Shown here: positions 10,364 through 21,143 of the stretch, in pieces
How the letters are laid out: each line of letters starts with the position of its first letter
How positions within the stretch are numbered: position 1 is the stretch's first letter
NCBI GenBank assembly: GCA_047947115.1
Contig: CP170459.1
Span: 5,568,001 to 5,632,000, forward strand
Direction: 5' to 3'
DNA: 64,000 nucleotides
DNA from: Verrucomicrobiota bacterium
GTDB taxonomy: Bacteria; Verrucomicrobiota; Verrucomicrobiia; Limisphaerales; AAA164-E04
Made by a program: the position numbers and the translations under genes
The notes under the pieces: model-generated
The model's database searches: none
What the model saw: the letters and a program-made list of their open reading frames with translations, nothing else
Told to the model about the DNA's origin: nothing

Positions 10364-11150
10364 ACATCGCAAAGTTGTCATCACCGGTATCACCGGTGTC
10401 CTCGGGCAGGCACTAGGAAAGCGTTTTCACCAGGAGGGAGCTTTCGTCATTGGAGTCAGTCGCTCCAATCAGTTCGAAGCACCGTGGTTAAGCCAATTGC
10501 TCACGCTGGATCAGAATTCATTAGCGGACGTTGGTCCAATATTGGATGTGGATCCCGATGTGATCATCCTCAATGCAGGTCAAATCGAGAAAGAGATTGG
10601 AGACCATGGCGAACCTTTACCGCAACATGCAGATTCCATTAACCGGATCAACTATCAATGGCCATGCGATGTGGCGATGGGAGCCATGAATCGAAGCTGG
10701 ACACATCCTCTTGATGTCATAGCGATTGGATCCATTGCTGATTGCTGCCCTTCAAGTTTCGGGCCGGTTTACCATTCCTCAAAGATTGCGCTCCATTACT
10801 TTTGGACCGGAGCCGGACCTATCTTTCATGCGGGGAGTCAACAACAAATAAGACTGCGACTGTATCGCCCCGGAGCCATCAAGAGCGACCTGGCATGGGC
10901 GCCGATCAATCGCTTGATCGAGGGCGGCAAAGGTCATCAGATGAGAAAAAAACGCGTTGCGGCGTCCCCTTCAGGAGAGCAGGTGGCTGATCACTTTCAT
11001 AAATGGTTTCTCAAACCCAATGCGTGGGTGGGTGGATGGGGTGAACCCATATCATTCAAAGCCCTTCGATTGATTTTTGGCTGTTTCCCGAATTTTTTTT
11101 ACAAGATGCAATGTTGGGCATGGAAAAAACAAAGCCGATTTTCTCAGTGA
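10353..11150 (+). CDS. Short-chain dehydrogenase/reductase
   Basis: VVITGITGVLG, LNAG and YHSSK (YxxxK); start overlaps the end of the GMC gene. Confidence 0.75.
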   Translation: MENKHRKVVITGITGVLGQALGKRFHQEGAFVIGVSRSNQFEAPWLSQLLTLDQNSLADVGPILDVDPDVIILNAGQIEKEIGDHGEPLPQHADSINRINYQWPCDVAMGAMNRSWTHPLDVIAIGSIADCCPSSFGPVYHSSKIALHYFWTGAGPIFHAGSQQQIRLRLYRPGAIKSDLAWAPINRLIEGGKGHQMRKKRVAASPSGEQVADHFHKWFLKPNAWVGGWGEPISFKALRLIFGCFPNFFYKMQCWAWKKQSRFSQ

Positions 11151-11419
11151 TTTCATTGCATTCTCTCCAGCGAATAGCCTCATTTCTTCACTCTTGATTC
11201 ATTACGAGATGTTATCAAAAACCGACAATTTGTTACAACCCTAAGACAGGTCTGCTTCATTTATGACTTTTAGGTTTCACTCGTGTAAAAGCGTTCTTTC
11301 GTAACGTGATTGAGATTGCAGGGAACAGTTGTTGTTCACTTTGATCAGCCCGTTCTTTTCCTGTTGAGAAGGAAAGGGATGGTTGGTTCATCAACTAAAA
11401 AACAGCAACTGACTTGCTC

Positions 11420-14400
11420 ATGAATATTAGCGAGAAATGGAAAAAGATCGGCGCTGCTCTGGCAGCGTTGTTTATCGCCTCTTCAGGAGGAATACACGCG
11501 CAGACACCTGCGAAACTCCCTACACCGGAACCCGGAGTCCTTTACAGCCGTGATGGTGTGGACGTCTTCGACAGTGGTTACGGATCCGGCATGGCTCAGC
11601 ATCCGTCCGATGCCAACCTGTTCTACTTAATGACCGATCGCGGGCCCAATTTTGACGGAGCCGAGTCTGGCATCAAAGTTTTTCCGGTTCCGTCTTTCGC
11701 TCCCCGCATCGGGCTTTACCGACTGGCAGGAGAGGAACTGGTGCAGGAATCCATCATCACCATCAAGGACGCCGCCGGCAACGATATCAGCGGCCTCCCC
11801 AATCCTGAAGGAGCTGGCAGCACTGGAGAAACAGCTCAGGATTTGGATGGAAATATCCTGGAACCTGATCCGGAGGGCTTGGATCCCGAAGGTCTGGTTG
11901 CATTGGCTGACGGCACTTTCTGGATCAGCGATGAATACGGCCCTCACATTCTCCATATCAATGCGGATGGCAGCACCATTGAGCGCATCAATCCGTTTGG
12001 AACCGGAGAAGGCGGCCGCAGGTTGCCCAAAGTTTTCGGCAACCGACGCGCGAATCGCGGCATGGAAGGTCTGACGATCACTCCGGATGGTAAAAAACTG
12101 GTGGGCATCATGCAGTCGGCCTTGGATAATCCATTCGAATCTCGCAGCTGGATTCGCGGCAATTCCCGTGCAACCCGCATCCTCGTTTATGACATTGCCT
12201 CCGGAGACAGCCAACAGTTTGTTTACTTTCAGGATCGCCCCAACTTGTCCAACAGTGAAATCCGCGCTTTGTCGGACACCGAGTTTGTGGTGTTGGAACG
12301 TGATGGAGCATTCCCCAATTTCGAGGAAGGCAGCACGGTCATGAAGCGATTCTATCGCATTGACATTTCAGGCGCATCCGATGTTTCAGATCCCACCGAC
12401 GGGGAAATGGGACGCATGTTTGATGTGAACGGTGAAATGAAAACATTGGAACAAATGACCACCCTTGAAATTCTCGACGCAGGAGTGGTTCCGGTTTCCA
12501 AGAAACTCTATGTCGATCTGCTGGCCGAACTACCAGAAGGCTATTACCACGACAAACCTGAAGGTTTCGTGATTGCCGGAGACCAGGACATCTTCATCAT
12601 CAACGATGACGATTTCGGAATCGACAGCGATGGAGCCGGCAGCATTGTTCAGAAATTACTGCCCGACGGCCAAGTGGATCGCAACATTCTTTATCGCGTT
12701 CAAAACACCCAGGAAGCTCCTGCCGGATTTGCTCTTCAAATCATCCATAGTTCGGACAATGAATCCTCTTTCCAGGATCCGGACACTTTGGAACCCAAAA
12801 TTCTCAACTACGGAGCAATCGTTGGAGGGCTGCAGCAACTGGCGGAACGGGAAAATGCCGGTTCGATTTATGTCACCGCCGGTGACCACACCCTACCAGG
12901 CCCATTTTATGAAGCCGCAGCCGATGCCCCTTCCCTGGGTGCTCCCGGTATGGGCGACATCGCTTTTTTCAACGCCATGGGCTTGACCGCAAATGGCATC
13001 GGAAACCACGAATTCGACGGCGGCATCAACGACTTTGCCGTCATGTTGAACGCCGCTCAATACCCCTTCATCTCGGTCAACTTGGACTTTTCCAATGTTC
13101 AACTCACCGACGGAACACCCGCTATTCAGCGTGGTGTGGATGGGGGCAGTGTTCTCGAAAACGCCGGCAAGGTGGTTCGCAGCGCTTATGTGGAAGTCAA
13201 CGGTGAAAAGATTGGTTTGATCGGTCGTTCACCTGCCGATTTCTTCAACGTCATTGCCGATCCTGCCACCACACTTCCCGGATTGGAATTCTTCGGAGGT
13301 CGCAACCCTGAAGACAACCAACCACTGGTGTCCGCTCTCGGCATGGTGCTTGAACAGGTGGATATCCTGAAAGCCCAAGGAATCAATAAAATCGTTCTTC
13401 TGGATCACGCTCAGGATTTTACAGGCGATCCGCTTTCAGCCAACGCATTACGTGACATCGACGTCATCGTTGCAGCTGGTTCAACCGGGTTCATGGCGAA
13501 CCCTGAAGTCATGGGGCCATTCAACCTCCTGCGCTCCGGAGACAAGGCCCAGGCTGATTACCCAACCATGCGCGAAGACAGCGAAGGCAACCCAGTTTTC
13601 GTCGTGAACAGTGACCAGCTCTACGCCTAAGTGGGGCAGTTGATCGTGCGTTTTGACGAAAACGGCATCGTCACTTCAGTCGACGATCGTAGCGGTCCCA
13701 TCGCAACCACAGCTGAAGGTGTGGCTGCTCTGAGTGAATATCTGGTGGTTCCGACCTTGCAACCCAATGCCGAGGTTCAGTCCACCTGGGACGCATTGCT
13801 GGAAACCCCGTTTATTCAGGACCTGAACACCATCGTTGGGACAACCAGTCATCCTCTGCAGGGCGCCCGCGCCTTTGTTCGCAGCCGCGAAACCAACCTG
13901 GCGCGCATGGCTGCCGATTCCACTTTATGATTCGCCAACAAGTGGGCACGTGAATCGGGCCAAGGCATCTTCGTGGATATCGCCTTGAAGAACGGCGGTG
14001 GAATTCGCAATTCCATCAACGGACCAAACGTCACTCGATTCCTCGTGGCGCAGGCACTGGCTTTCAATAACAAATTGGCCATTGTAGAAATAGCCGGTCA
14101 TGAGTTGCTGGCTGCGATGGAAAACGCCATCAGCCGTTATCCAAGCCTTGACGGTCGCTTTCCTCAAGTGGCTGGCATCGAGTTGGAATTTGATCCCAAT
14201 CGTCCAGGCATCTCCGACCAAATCAGTCTTCGTCATGCTTCCCGCATCGGAAATTTGACCGTCATCCGCGCCAGTGGTGAACGAGTCGAATTGATCAAAG
14301 ACTTCCGCGTGGTTGGAAACTTGGATCAAACGTTCTTCCTGGCAACCAACAATTTCCTCTTGACCGGGGGAGATGGTTACACGGCGTTCAAAGCGATCAA

Positions 14401-17400
14401 TGATGATCCTGCCCGCAAGGTTTTGATTCCGGAAACGGGCGAGCAGCAGATTCTGGAAAACTACATCGTTCAAGCCTTCGGAGGAACGGTCAACGTTCCC
14501 ACCAAGCTCGACCGCCCACGCGTTCAAGTTTACAACTACCTGAAGGCCGAAGGCACCTACTCAACCGGCGCCTTTGATGAAAGTGCTGCTGAGATTGTCA
14601 CCTTCGATCCTGTTCTTCGACGTCTCTTCGTCTCCAATGCATTCAATAACTCCGTCGAAGTGTTGGACGCATCCAATCCAAAACGTCCGGAATTCCTGTT
14701 CAGCGTTCAGGCAGCCGGCGGCAATGTGAATTCGGTGGCCGTTCATAATGGCATCGTTGCATTGGCCGTTGAAAACAATGAAAAGACTGAAAATGGTTTT
14801 GTTCTGTTTGTTGACGGTATTGCCGGAACGGTGTTGAACAAGCTGGAAGTCGGTGCTTTACCTGACATGCTGACTTTCACCCCGGACGGCTCCAAAGTGC
14901 TGGTGGCCAATGAAGGCGAGCCCAACGACGATTACACCATCGATCCTCGTGGCAGCGTCTCCATCATTGATCTCGGCAGTGGATCATTCATGGATGTCGT
15001 CATGGCCAAACAGTCGGATGTGACGCCTATTACCTTCGAGGCATTTGATCCCTTGACGGACATCTTCCGATCCATTGGCATTCGCATTTTCGGTCGAATC
15101 AACGATCCTCTCACCGGAGAGTTTCTCCGTGAATCCAAAGCTTCCGAAGATTTGGAGCCTGAATACATTGCGGTTTCTCCCGATGGGAAAAAGGCCTTTG
15201 CCACAATGCAGGAAAACAACGCAATCGCTGTCATCGACCTTGAAACAAACACACTGATCGACCTTGCACCGCTAGGATTCAAAGACCACAGCATTGAAGG
15301 CAACGGCCTTGATGCCAGTGACAAGGATGGCGGCATCAACATCCAAACCTGGCCTGTTATGGGAATGTACATGCCTGATGCGATCGCTTCATTCGAAAGC
15401 CTGGGCAAAACCTTCGTGGTGTCCGCCAATGAAGGCGACAGTCGCGACTATGACGGGTTCAGTGAAGAAGTCCGTGTGGAAGACCTTGTGCTGGACCAGG
15501 AAACTTACCCTGAAGCAGAGATGCTTCAGGCAAGCGAAAACCTGGGTCGATTGAAGACAACCATCACGATGGGAGACTATGATGAAGATGGAGATGTCGA
15601 CCAAATCTTCTCTTACGGAGCGCGTTCATTCTCCGTTTGGGATGAGGAAGGCAATCTGGTCTGGGACTCCGGCGATGAGTTCGAACGTCGCCTGGCCGAA
15701 CTGATGCCAGAGAACTTCAACTCCGCCAACGATGAGAATGATTCCTTTGACAGTCGTTCGGACGACAAAGGCGCGGAACCCGAAGCCATCACCATCGGCG
15801 AAGTTGATGGACGCATCCTTGCCTTTATCGGTCTGGAACGCGTCGGCGGCATCTTCATTTATGATGTGACCTATCCCTACGCTCCCAAATATGTCAACTA
15901 CCTGAACAACCGGGACTTCACCGTGGTTTACGAATCCGGAAGTCCAAACGACGTAGAGTTGAACGCCATTGGAGACCTTGGACCGGAAGGCATCATTTTC
16001 GTTTCGGGAGACAAAACTCCGAGTGGAGAGCCCATGCTCATGGTGGCAAACGAAGTGAGTGGCAACACCACCATCTTCACCGTGCGCATTCCGCCTATGG
16101 TGGACTACAAACTGCAGGTGCTGCACAGCTCCGACAATGAGTCGGCATTCCAAAACCCGAATACATTGGAATCCACCATTCTGAACTACGGTACAGTGAT
16201 GCACGGTCTTCAGGCAGTTGCCGCAAAGGAAGGAATTCCTTCGATTTACCTGACAGCCGGCGATCACACCTTGCCTGGTCCGTTCTATCAGGCTTCCGCG
16301 GAAGTGCCCGAATTCGGAGCTCCAGGTCTGGCTGACATCGCTCTCTTCAATGCGATGGGCTTGACCGCAAATGGCATCGGCAACCATGAATTCGACGGTG
16401 GCATCAATGACTTCGCCCGCATGCTCTCCAAGGCCAACTACCCGTTCATCGCGGTCAACCTGGATTTCTCCAAGGTTGAACTCGAATCCGGCGCCCCTGC
16501 CATTCGACGCGGTGTGGACGGAGGCAGTGTTGAGGAGAACGCCGGTAAAGTGGTTCGCAGCGCTTATGTGGAAGTGGGCGGCGAGAAGATCGGTTTGATC
16601 GGTCGCGCACCTGCTGATTTCTTCAATGTCATCAGCGATCCTGCCAGCACCTTGCCTGGACTGGACTTCATCGGCGGCCGCAATCCTGAGGATAATCAAC
16701 CTCTGGTATCCGCCTTGCAATTCGTTCACGAGCAAGTCGCTCTATTGGAATCCAAAGGGATCAACAAGATCATTCTTCTGGATCATGCACAGGACTTCAC
16801 CGCCGATCCTCTGTCTGCTTCGTCACTGCACGGGATCGACATTGTGGTGGCCGCTGGTTCCACTGGTTTCATGGCCCGTCCTGAAGCGGAGGGTCCGTTC
16901 AACATGCTACGACCAGAAGATGCTTCCAGTGCTGCTTACCCAACCGAACGCACAGACGCCGATGGGCATACTGTGCTGGTGGTGAACAGCGAACAGTTGT
17001 ATCGCTACGTTGGCAACCTGATCGTTGGATTTGATCCGGAAGGGCATATCAACTTCATTGATGATCGCAGCGGCCCGGTGGCAACCACCAAGGAAGCCAT
17101 CAAGGCATTGGAAAGCTACATCGGAGACTTCAAACTGGAAACTCCAAGCGAAGTTACCGCGATTTATCGCAGCCTGACCCGCACTGAATTGATTCGCAAA
17201 CTGTATGAAGTAGTTGGTGAAACAACTGCACCTCTGAACGGATTGCGAGCTGATGTGCGCAGTCGCGAAACGAATCTCGGACGCCTGGCTGCCGACTCCA
17301 CACTGTGGTTTGCCCGCAGCTACGTGGCGGACAACGGTCTTGATATCCCGGTGGACATCGCCCTTAAAAACGGTGGCGGCATTCGCAGCACGATCAGCGG

Positions 17401-18316
17401 CCCGGCAATCCTCCAATTGCAGGTGGAAGCCGCTCTGGCCTTCAACAACAAGTTGGGCATCCTGCCACTGACCGCGGAACAACTGATTGCTTCCATGGAG
17501 AACGCTGTCAGTCGCTACCCCGCTCGTGACGGTCGATTCCCTCAAGTTGCCGGAATGTTCCTGGAATATGACGCAGAGAAAGAGGGCGTGTCGGATCAAG
17601 TCACCCTGAGCGTTCCTTCCCGTCTGAAAACCCTCGTGATCTTCAAACAAGACGGTACCGAAGATGTGGTGGTTGAGAATTATACGGCTCAAGGCGACTT
17701 GAATCGTGTATTCTGGATGGCCACCAACAACTTCTTGCTGACGGGAGGAGATGGCTATGCGGCGTTCAAGGCCGTCAATGACAATCCGGATGCACAGGTT
17801 ATCATTCCTGAAATGGGCGAACAGCAGATCCTTAAAGATTACATTCAGGATGAACTGGATGGCATGGTGGTTCTGCCGGAACCCCTCCTGGACAGCCGCA
17901 TTGTCAACATCCACGATGTTCCTATGTTGACGGCTTATCAGGTTCATGCACTCACCGTATTCGGTCGCGTGACGGACGATGCCGCTCCCGAAGCGGACTT
18001 CGACAAAGATGGAATCAGCAACTACACCGAATTCCACTTTGCCAGTGGTTCGGACAATCCGGATTCCCGCCCAATGGTTCAGGCCGGGGCAAACACCGAA
18101 GGCTTGATCACCTTGCGTCACACCCGGGCAGCCGGTTCAGATGCCACCTGGGTTTATGAAGCCACCGAGGACCTGATCAACGGAACATGGGACACATTGG
18201 TTGAAGGTGAACACTTCCAAATGCTGGTTACCGAGCAGGACGGCGTTGAGACAGTCGAACTTCAAACCTTGAACACAGGGTTTGAAACGTTGTTCGTGCG
18301 TGTTCGCGTTGAGTAA
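11420..18316 (+). pseudogene. Giant secreted multi-phosphatase (phytase-like esterase + 5'-nucleotidase + choice-of-anchor-I phosphatase + second 5'-nucleotidase + C-terminal sorting-like domain), interrupted by in-frame TAA (13628-13630) and TGA (13928-13930)
   Basis: ORFs 11414, 13631 and 13973 share one frame; signal peptide; DRGPN/DPEG/SDEYGP/NRGMEG/KPEG/NDDDFG; two copies of SSDNE/AGDH/GNHEFD/RETNL/KNGGGIR/FPQVAG; GALPDM/ANEGEP/EPEY/ANEGD/SDDKGAEPE. Confidence 0.8.
12727..17910 (+). repeat. Intragenic duplication of the 5'-nucleotidase module (about 12727-14530 and 16105-17910, offset 3378 bp)
   Basis: Near-identical peptide and DNA stretches, e.g. atgggcttgaccgcaaatggcatcgg at 12977 and 16355. 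Confidence 0.9.
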
Positions 18317-18347
18317 GTCATCGTTCAACAAGTTGTTTTAAGACATC

Positions 18348-18380
18348 AAGGCCCGGAGGATTCCCCTCCGGGCCTTTTTT
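18348..18380 (+). terminator. Intrinsic terminator
   Basis: aaggcccggagg-loop-cctccgggcctt followed by a T run, about 30 bp after the stop codon. Confidence 0.85.
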
Positions 18381-18551
18381 CTAATCCAAACCGGGCTGAT
18401 ACCGATTACCGGAAAACGAGTCTTTTTGATTACTCCACCCCAAGTTCATCGAAGATTCCCCGGTGGTTGCAGGTTCAGAACATAGGTAACACAAAAGGCA
18501 AAGGACGAGGTATCGGTGCATACAGCAGGAAATATCACTATCTTCTGAAAT

Positions 18552-19667
18552 TCATGAGAGCCGCAGGACGGCACGTTTTCCGGGATGCGATTTGGCATAT
18601 TCGACGGCTTTTGCCGCTTCCGTCAATTCAAACTCTGCCCCGATCAATTCATGCCAGGGCAAATTCTTACCTTGTCCGGCCATGAACCGGGTGGCGTGCT
18701 CCAAATCTTCCGGTCGATAATTATGATTACCCATAATTGTCAGGGAACGACGAACGATTTGATCCGGATCCATCGACAAGGGCGGCGATGGAAAAACAGT
18801 TCCCGCCAAAACCAATCGTCCTCCATTTCGAAGCAACTCCAATCCCATGACTGCCGCCTGTGTGGAACCAGCCAACTCAAGGACGACATCGTGTTCCCGA
18901 AGCTTTGAGGGATCCTGTTCGAGGTATTGCTTTGAAAAAGTCTCCGGATGCCACACAACATCTGCGCCAAAAGAACGGGCACGCTCATGGAGATCGCAAT
19001 TGGGTTCAAACACCACCACCCTCCCACAACCCTGTGCCTTTGCCAATGCCACCGCGCACAACCCGGCATAACCTCCCCCCATGACAACCAGTTTTGTTTC
19101 CGCATCAAAGTTCACGCCACTTTCACGCAACATCGCAACCGCCGTAGAGACGGCACAATTGATGGGGGTGGCTGAATGTGCAGGAATCGTATCCGGCAGC
19201 TTAAGGACAGGCGTTCCGGGTTTGAGGATAATATAATCAGCCATGCCTCCACTCGAGCCTTCTCCGGTCGGGGAAACGGGTTCATGGCCGTATTTAAACA
19301 ATTGTTCGCACTTCTGAGGTAATCCATGCCGACAGAAAAAGCACTCCCCGCAATGCGCATAGATTGCCCACGTGATCCGATCTCCGACACTCAATTCCTG
19401 CTCACTGAAATCCTTGAGGACGGCCCTGTCTCCAAACGCAACAATTTTTCCGATGATTTCATGCCCAAGCACCGTCGGAGTTGAAACCTGCCTGCGACCG
19501 CACATGGTGTGCACATCACTTCGACAAATGGCACAGTGAGTGATTCTTACCAGGATTTCCCCGCCCGTTGGCTGCTGCCACGTAGCAGAGATCAATTCCA
19601 GCTCGGTATCCGGCCCATGATACAAAGCAATCCGACCGACATAATTTTGACAAGGTTCCACGCTCAT
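18552..19667 (-). CDS. Zn-dependent alcohol dehydrogenase, phosphonate-catabolism-associated type
   Basis: CRSDVH, LGHE, CGECFFC...C zinc ligands, KYGH, GNHNY; context with PhnZ-like and DUF5690-like genes. Confidence 0.8.
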   Translation of the reverse strand: MSVEPCQNYVGRIALYHGPDTELELISATWQQPTGGEILVRITHCAICRSDVHTMCGRRQVSTPTVLGHEIIGKIVAFGDRAVLKDFSEQELSVGDRITWAIYAHCGECFFCRHGLPQKCEQLFKYGHEPVSPTGEGSSGGMADYIILKPGTPVLKLPDTIPAHSATPINCAVSTAVAMLRESGVNFDAETKLVVMGGGYAGLCAVALAKAQGCGRVVVFEPNCDLHERARSFGADVVWHPETFSKQYLEQDPSKLREHDVVLELAGSTQAAVMGLELLRNGGRLVLAGTVFPSPPLSMDPDQIVRRSLTIMGNHNYRPEDLEHATRFMAGQGKNLPWHELIGAEFELTEAAKAVEYAKSHPGKRAVLRLS

Positions 19668-20980
19668 TAAGTAAAGGATTTCGACGGAACCTTAACCTTT
19701 AATTTCAGATAAAAGTAGCATAAAGCCAAACCAAATGCGCTCACTCCCAGCATGCCTACGAGCCAGCAGAGCATCTCGAAGAAAGCGAGGGGATCTTCCG
19801 GGCCAGGTAGTTTGTTTTTGAGCAGCATCAAAACAACATAACCCAGGTAGCCCATCGAATCAGCCAAATACATCAGGTACCCAATATTTCCTTTGTCGGG
19901 TGTGACTGCCATAATGCGCTCAAAAAGCGTGGTATGAACCAACACATATGGCAGGTATAGTCCAAGTCCAATCAACACCATAAACCAATACGGAGAAATC
20001 CATTGATAATGCAGTGCGAGCAAATTCGCAGGCAGCAGCCCTAAACCCAAAATGCAGGCCATCAATGCGTGAAAAAGAGCCATCCGATTGTTGCGGTAAA
20101 GAGAAAAGAATCCACTGCATATCATGATTCCCAAAGCGATCCACATTTCCGAGGTAGAAAATAACTCAGGTGTGGTTTCCACTCCCAATCCCTTCCAGAT
20201 TTCAGGAGCAAAATCTCCTCTTAAACTCCGGATGAGAGTGATCAGAAGATAGGCGACAATGATGGCCAACAAACCCGGAGCGTAGTGCATGAAATAGCGG
20301 CGACGATCAACGCCATTCATCAGGACACGTTCCTGACGTTCTTTCTGATCATCCAGATCAGGCAAAGGAATGCACTGCAGCATCCAGAGAAAAAGCAGCA
20401 AAGGAGCCATGAACAGCGCCCCGGCACAGAAAGGCATCCAGGTTTCAGTGATGCCTCCTTCAATCAGCCATGCTCCGACGGATTTGGTGACACCATCTGC
20501 CAGGATGAAACTGGCGCACAACCCCGCCGCCAGAAGTTCGGTCATCCGGCGTCCCTCCAGAAAACCGAGCACCAAGCCAAAAACCATGCCCAGCATCAGT
20601 CCGTTTCCAAAAAGAAAAACGATAGAATAGGGAATGGGGACAATGGCAAAACCAAGCAGGCAAAGTAACGCAACCGAGGTGAGGAACAAAATCCCCCGAA
20701 CCCGCTTCTGAGGCGGCATCTCAGCGATGACTTTAATTCCGATGAATTTGGATAGCATGTATCCAATCACCTGAACGATCACCAACACCGATTTGAGATC
20801 CATACCAAACGCCTGCATGCCATCATAGCTGGTCGAAGTAAAAGGCTTTCGGATTCCATACATGCAGAAATACGCGCCGAATGCAGCCACCATGCACCAT
20901 ATTGCAAAAGGCGTTCCATGAGGCGACCAGGATCCGGCGCCAAAGCGGGGCTTGGGTTGAGTTGTGTTCGATGAATGCAT
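19667..20980 (-). CDS. DUF5690-like MFS-fold membrane protein (putative phosphonate-related transporter)
   Basis: AFGAYFCMYGIRKPF, GYMLSKFIGIK, FLEGRR, ADSMGYLG; about 11 hydrophobic helices; stop overlaps the ADH start. Confidence 0.75.
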   Translation of the reverse strand: MHSSNTTQPKPRFGAGSWSPHGTPFAIWCMVAAFGAYFCMYGIRKPFTSTSYDGMQAFGMDLKSVLVIVQVIGYMLSKFIGIKVIAEMPPQKRVRGILFLTSVALLCLLGFAIVPIPYSIVFLFGNGLMLGMVFGLVLGFLEGRRMTELLAAGLCASFILADGVTKSVGAWLIEGGITETWMPFCAGALFMAPLLLFLWMLQCIPLPDLDDQKERQERVLMNGVDRRRYFMHYAPGLLAIIVAYLLITLIRSLRGDFAPEIWKGLGVETTPELFSTSEMWIALGIMICSGFFSLYRNNRMALFHALMACILGLGLLPANLLALHYQWISPYWFMVLIGLGLYLPYVLVHTTLFERIMAVTPDKGNIGYLMYLADSMGYLGYVVLMLLKNKLPGPEDPLAFFEMLCWLVGMLGVSAFGLALCYFYLKLKVKVPSKSFT

Positions 20981-21143
20981 GTGATGATTTGAAGTGTGAG
21001 GAGCAGTGTGTTGGATGCTAAAAGATCAAACCACTCTTTTTTGATGGAGAAACGTTACGATTTTGTGGCGGGATTTACAAAATCTGATGAGAAATCTGAT
21101 CGAATGTTCACATTTCAAAGCTTGACCTAATGTCTCCTGGTTA

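Noticed and set aside
13628..13930. Genome-wide stop-codon reassignment or selenocysteine
   Set aside because: TGA and TAA end many clearly complete genes here and Trp is encoded by TGG; the TGA aligns with Trp rather than Cys, and two different stop codons are involved
15626..18121. Long antisense ORFs (369 and 404 aa; similar ones at 25801, 29642, 33704, 50564)
   Set aside because: They mirror well-supported genes on the other strand and have no motifs; expected from codon bias
13631..18316. Independent 99-aa and 1447-aa genes
   Set aside because: Both start mid-domain at GTG codons that align with internal Val residues of the paralogous module
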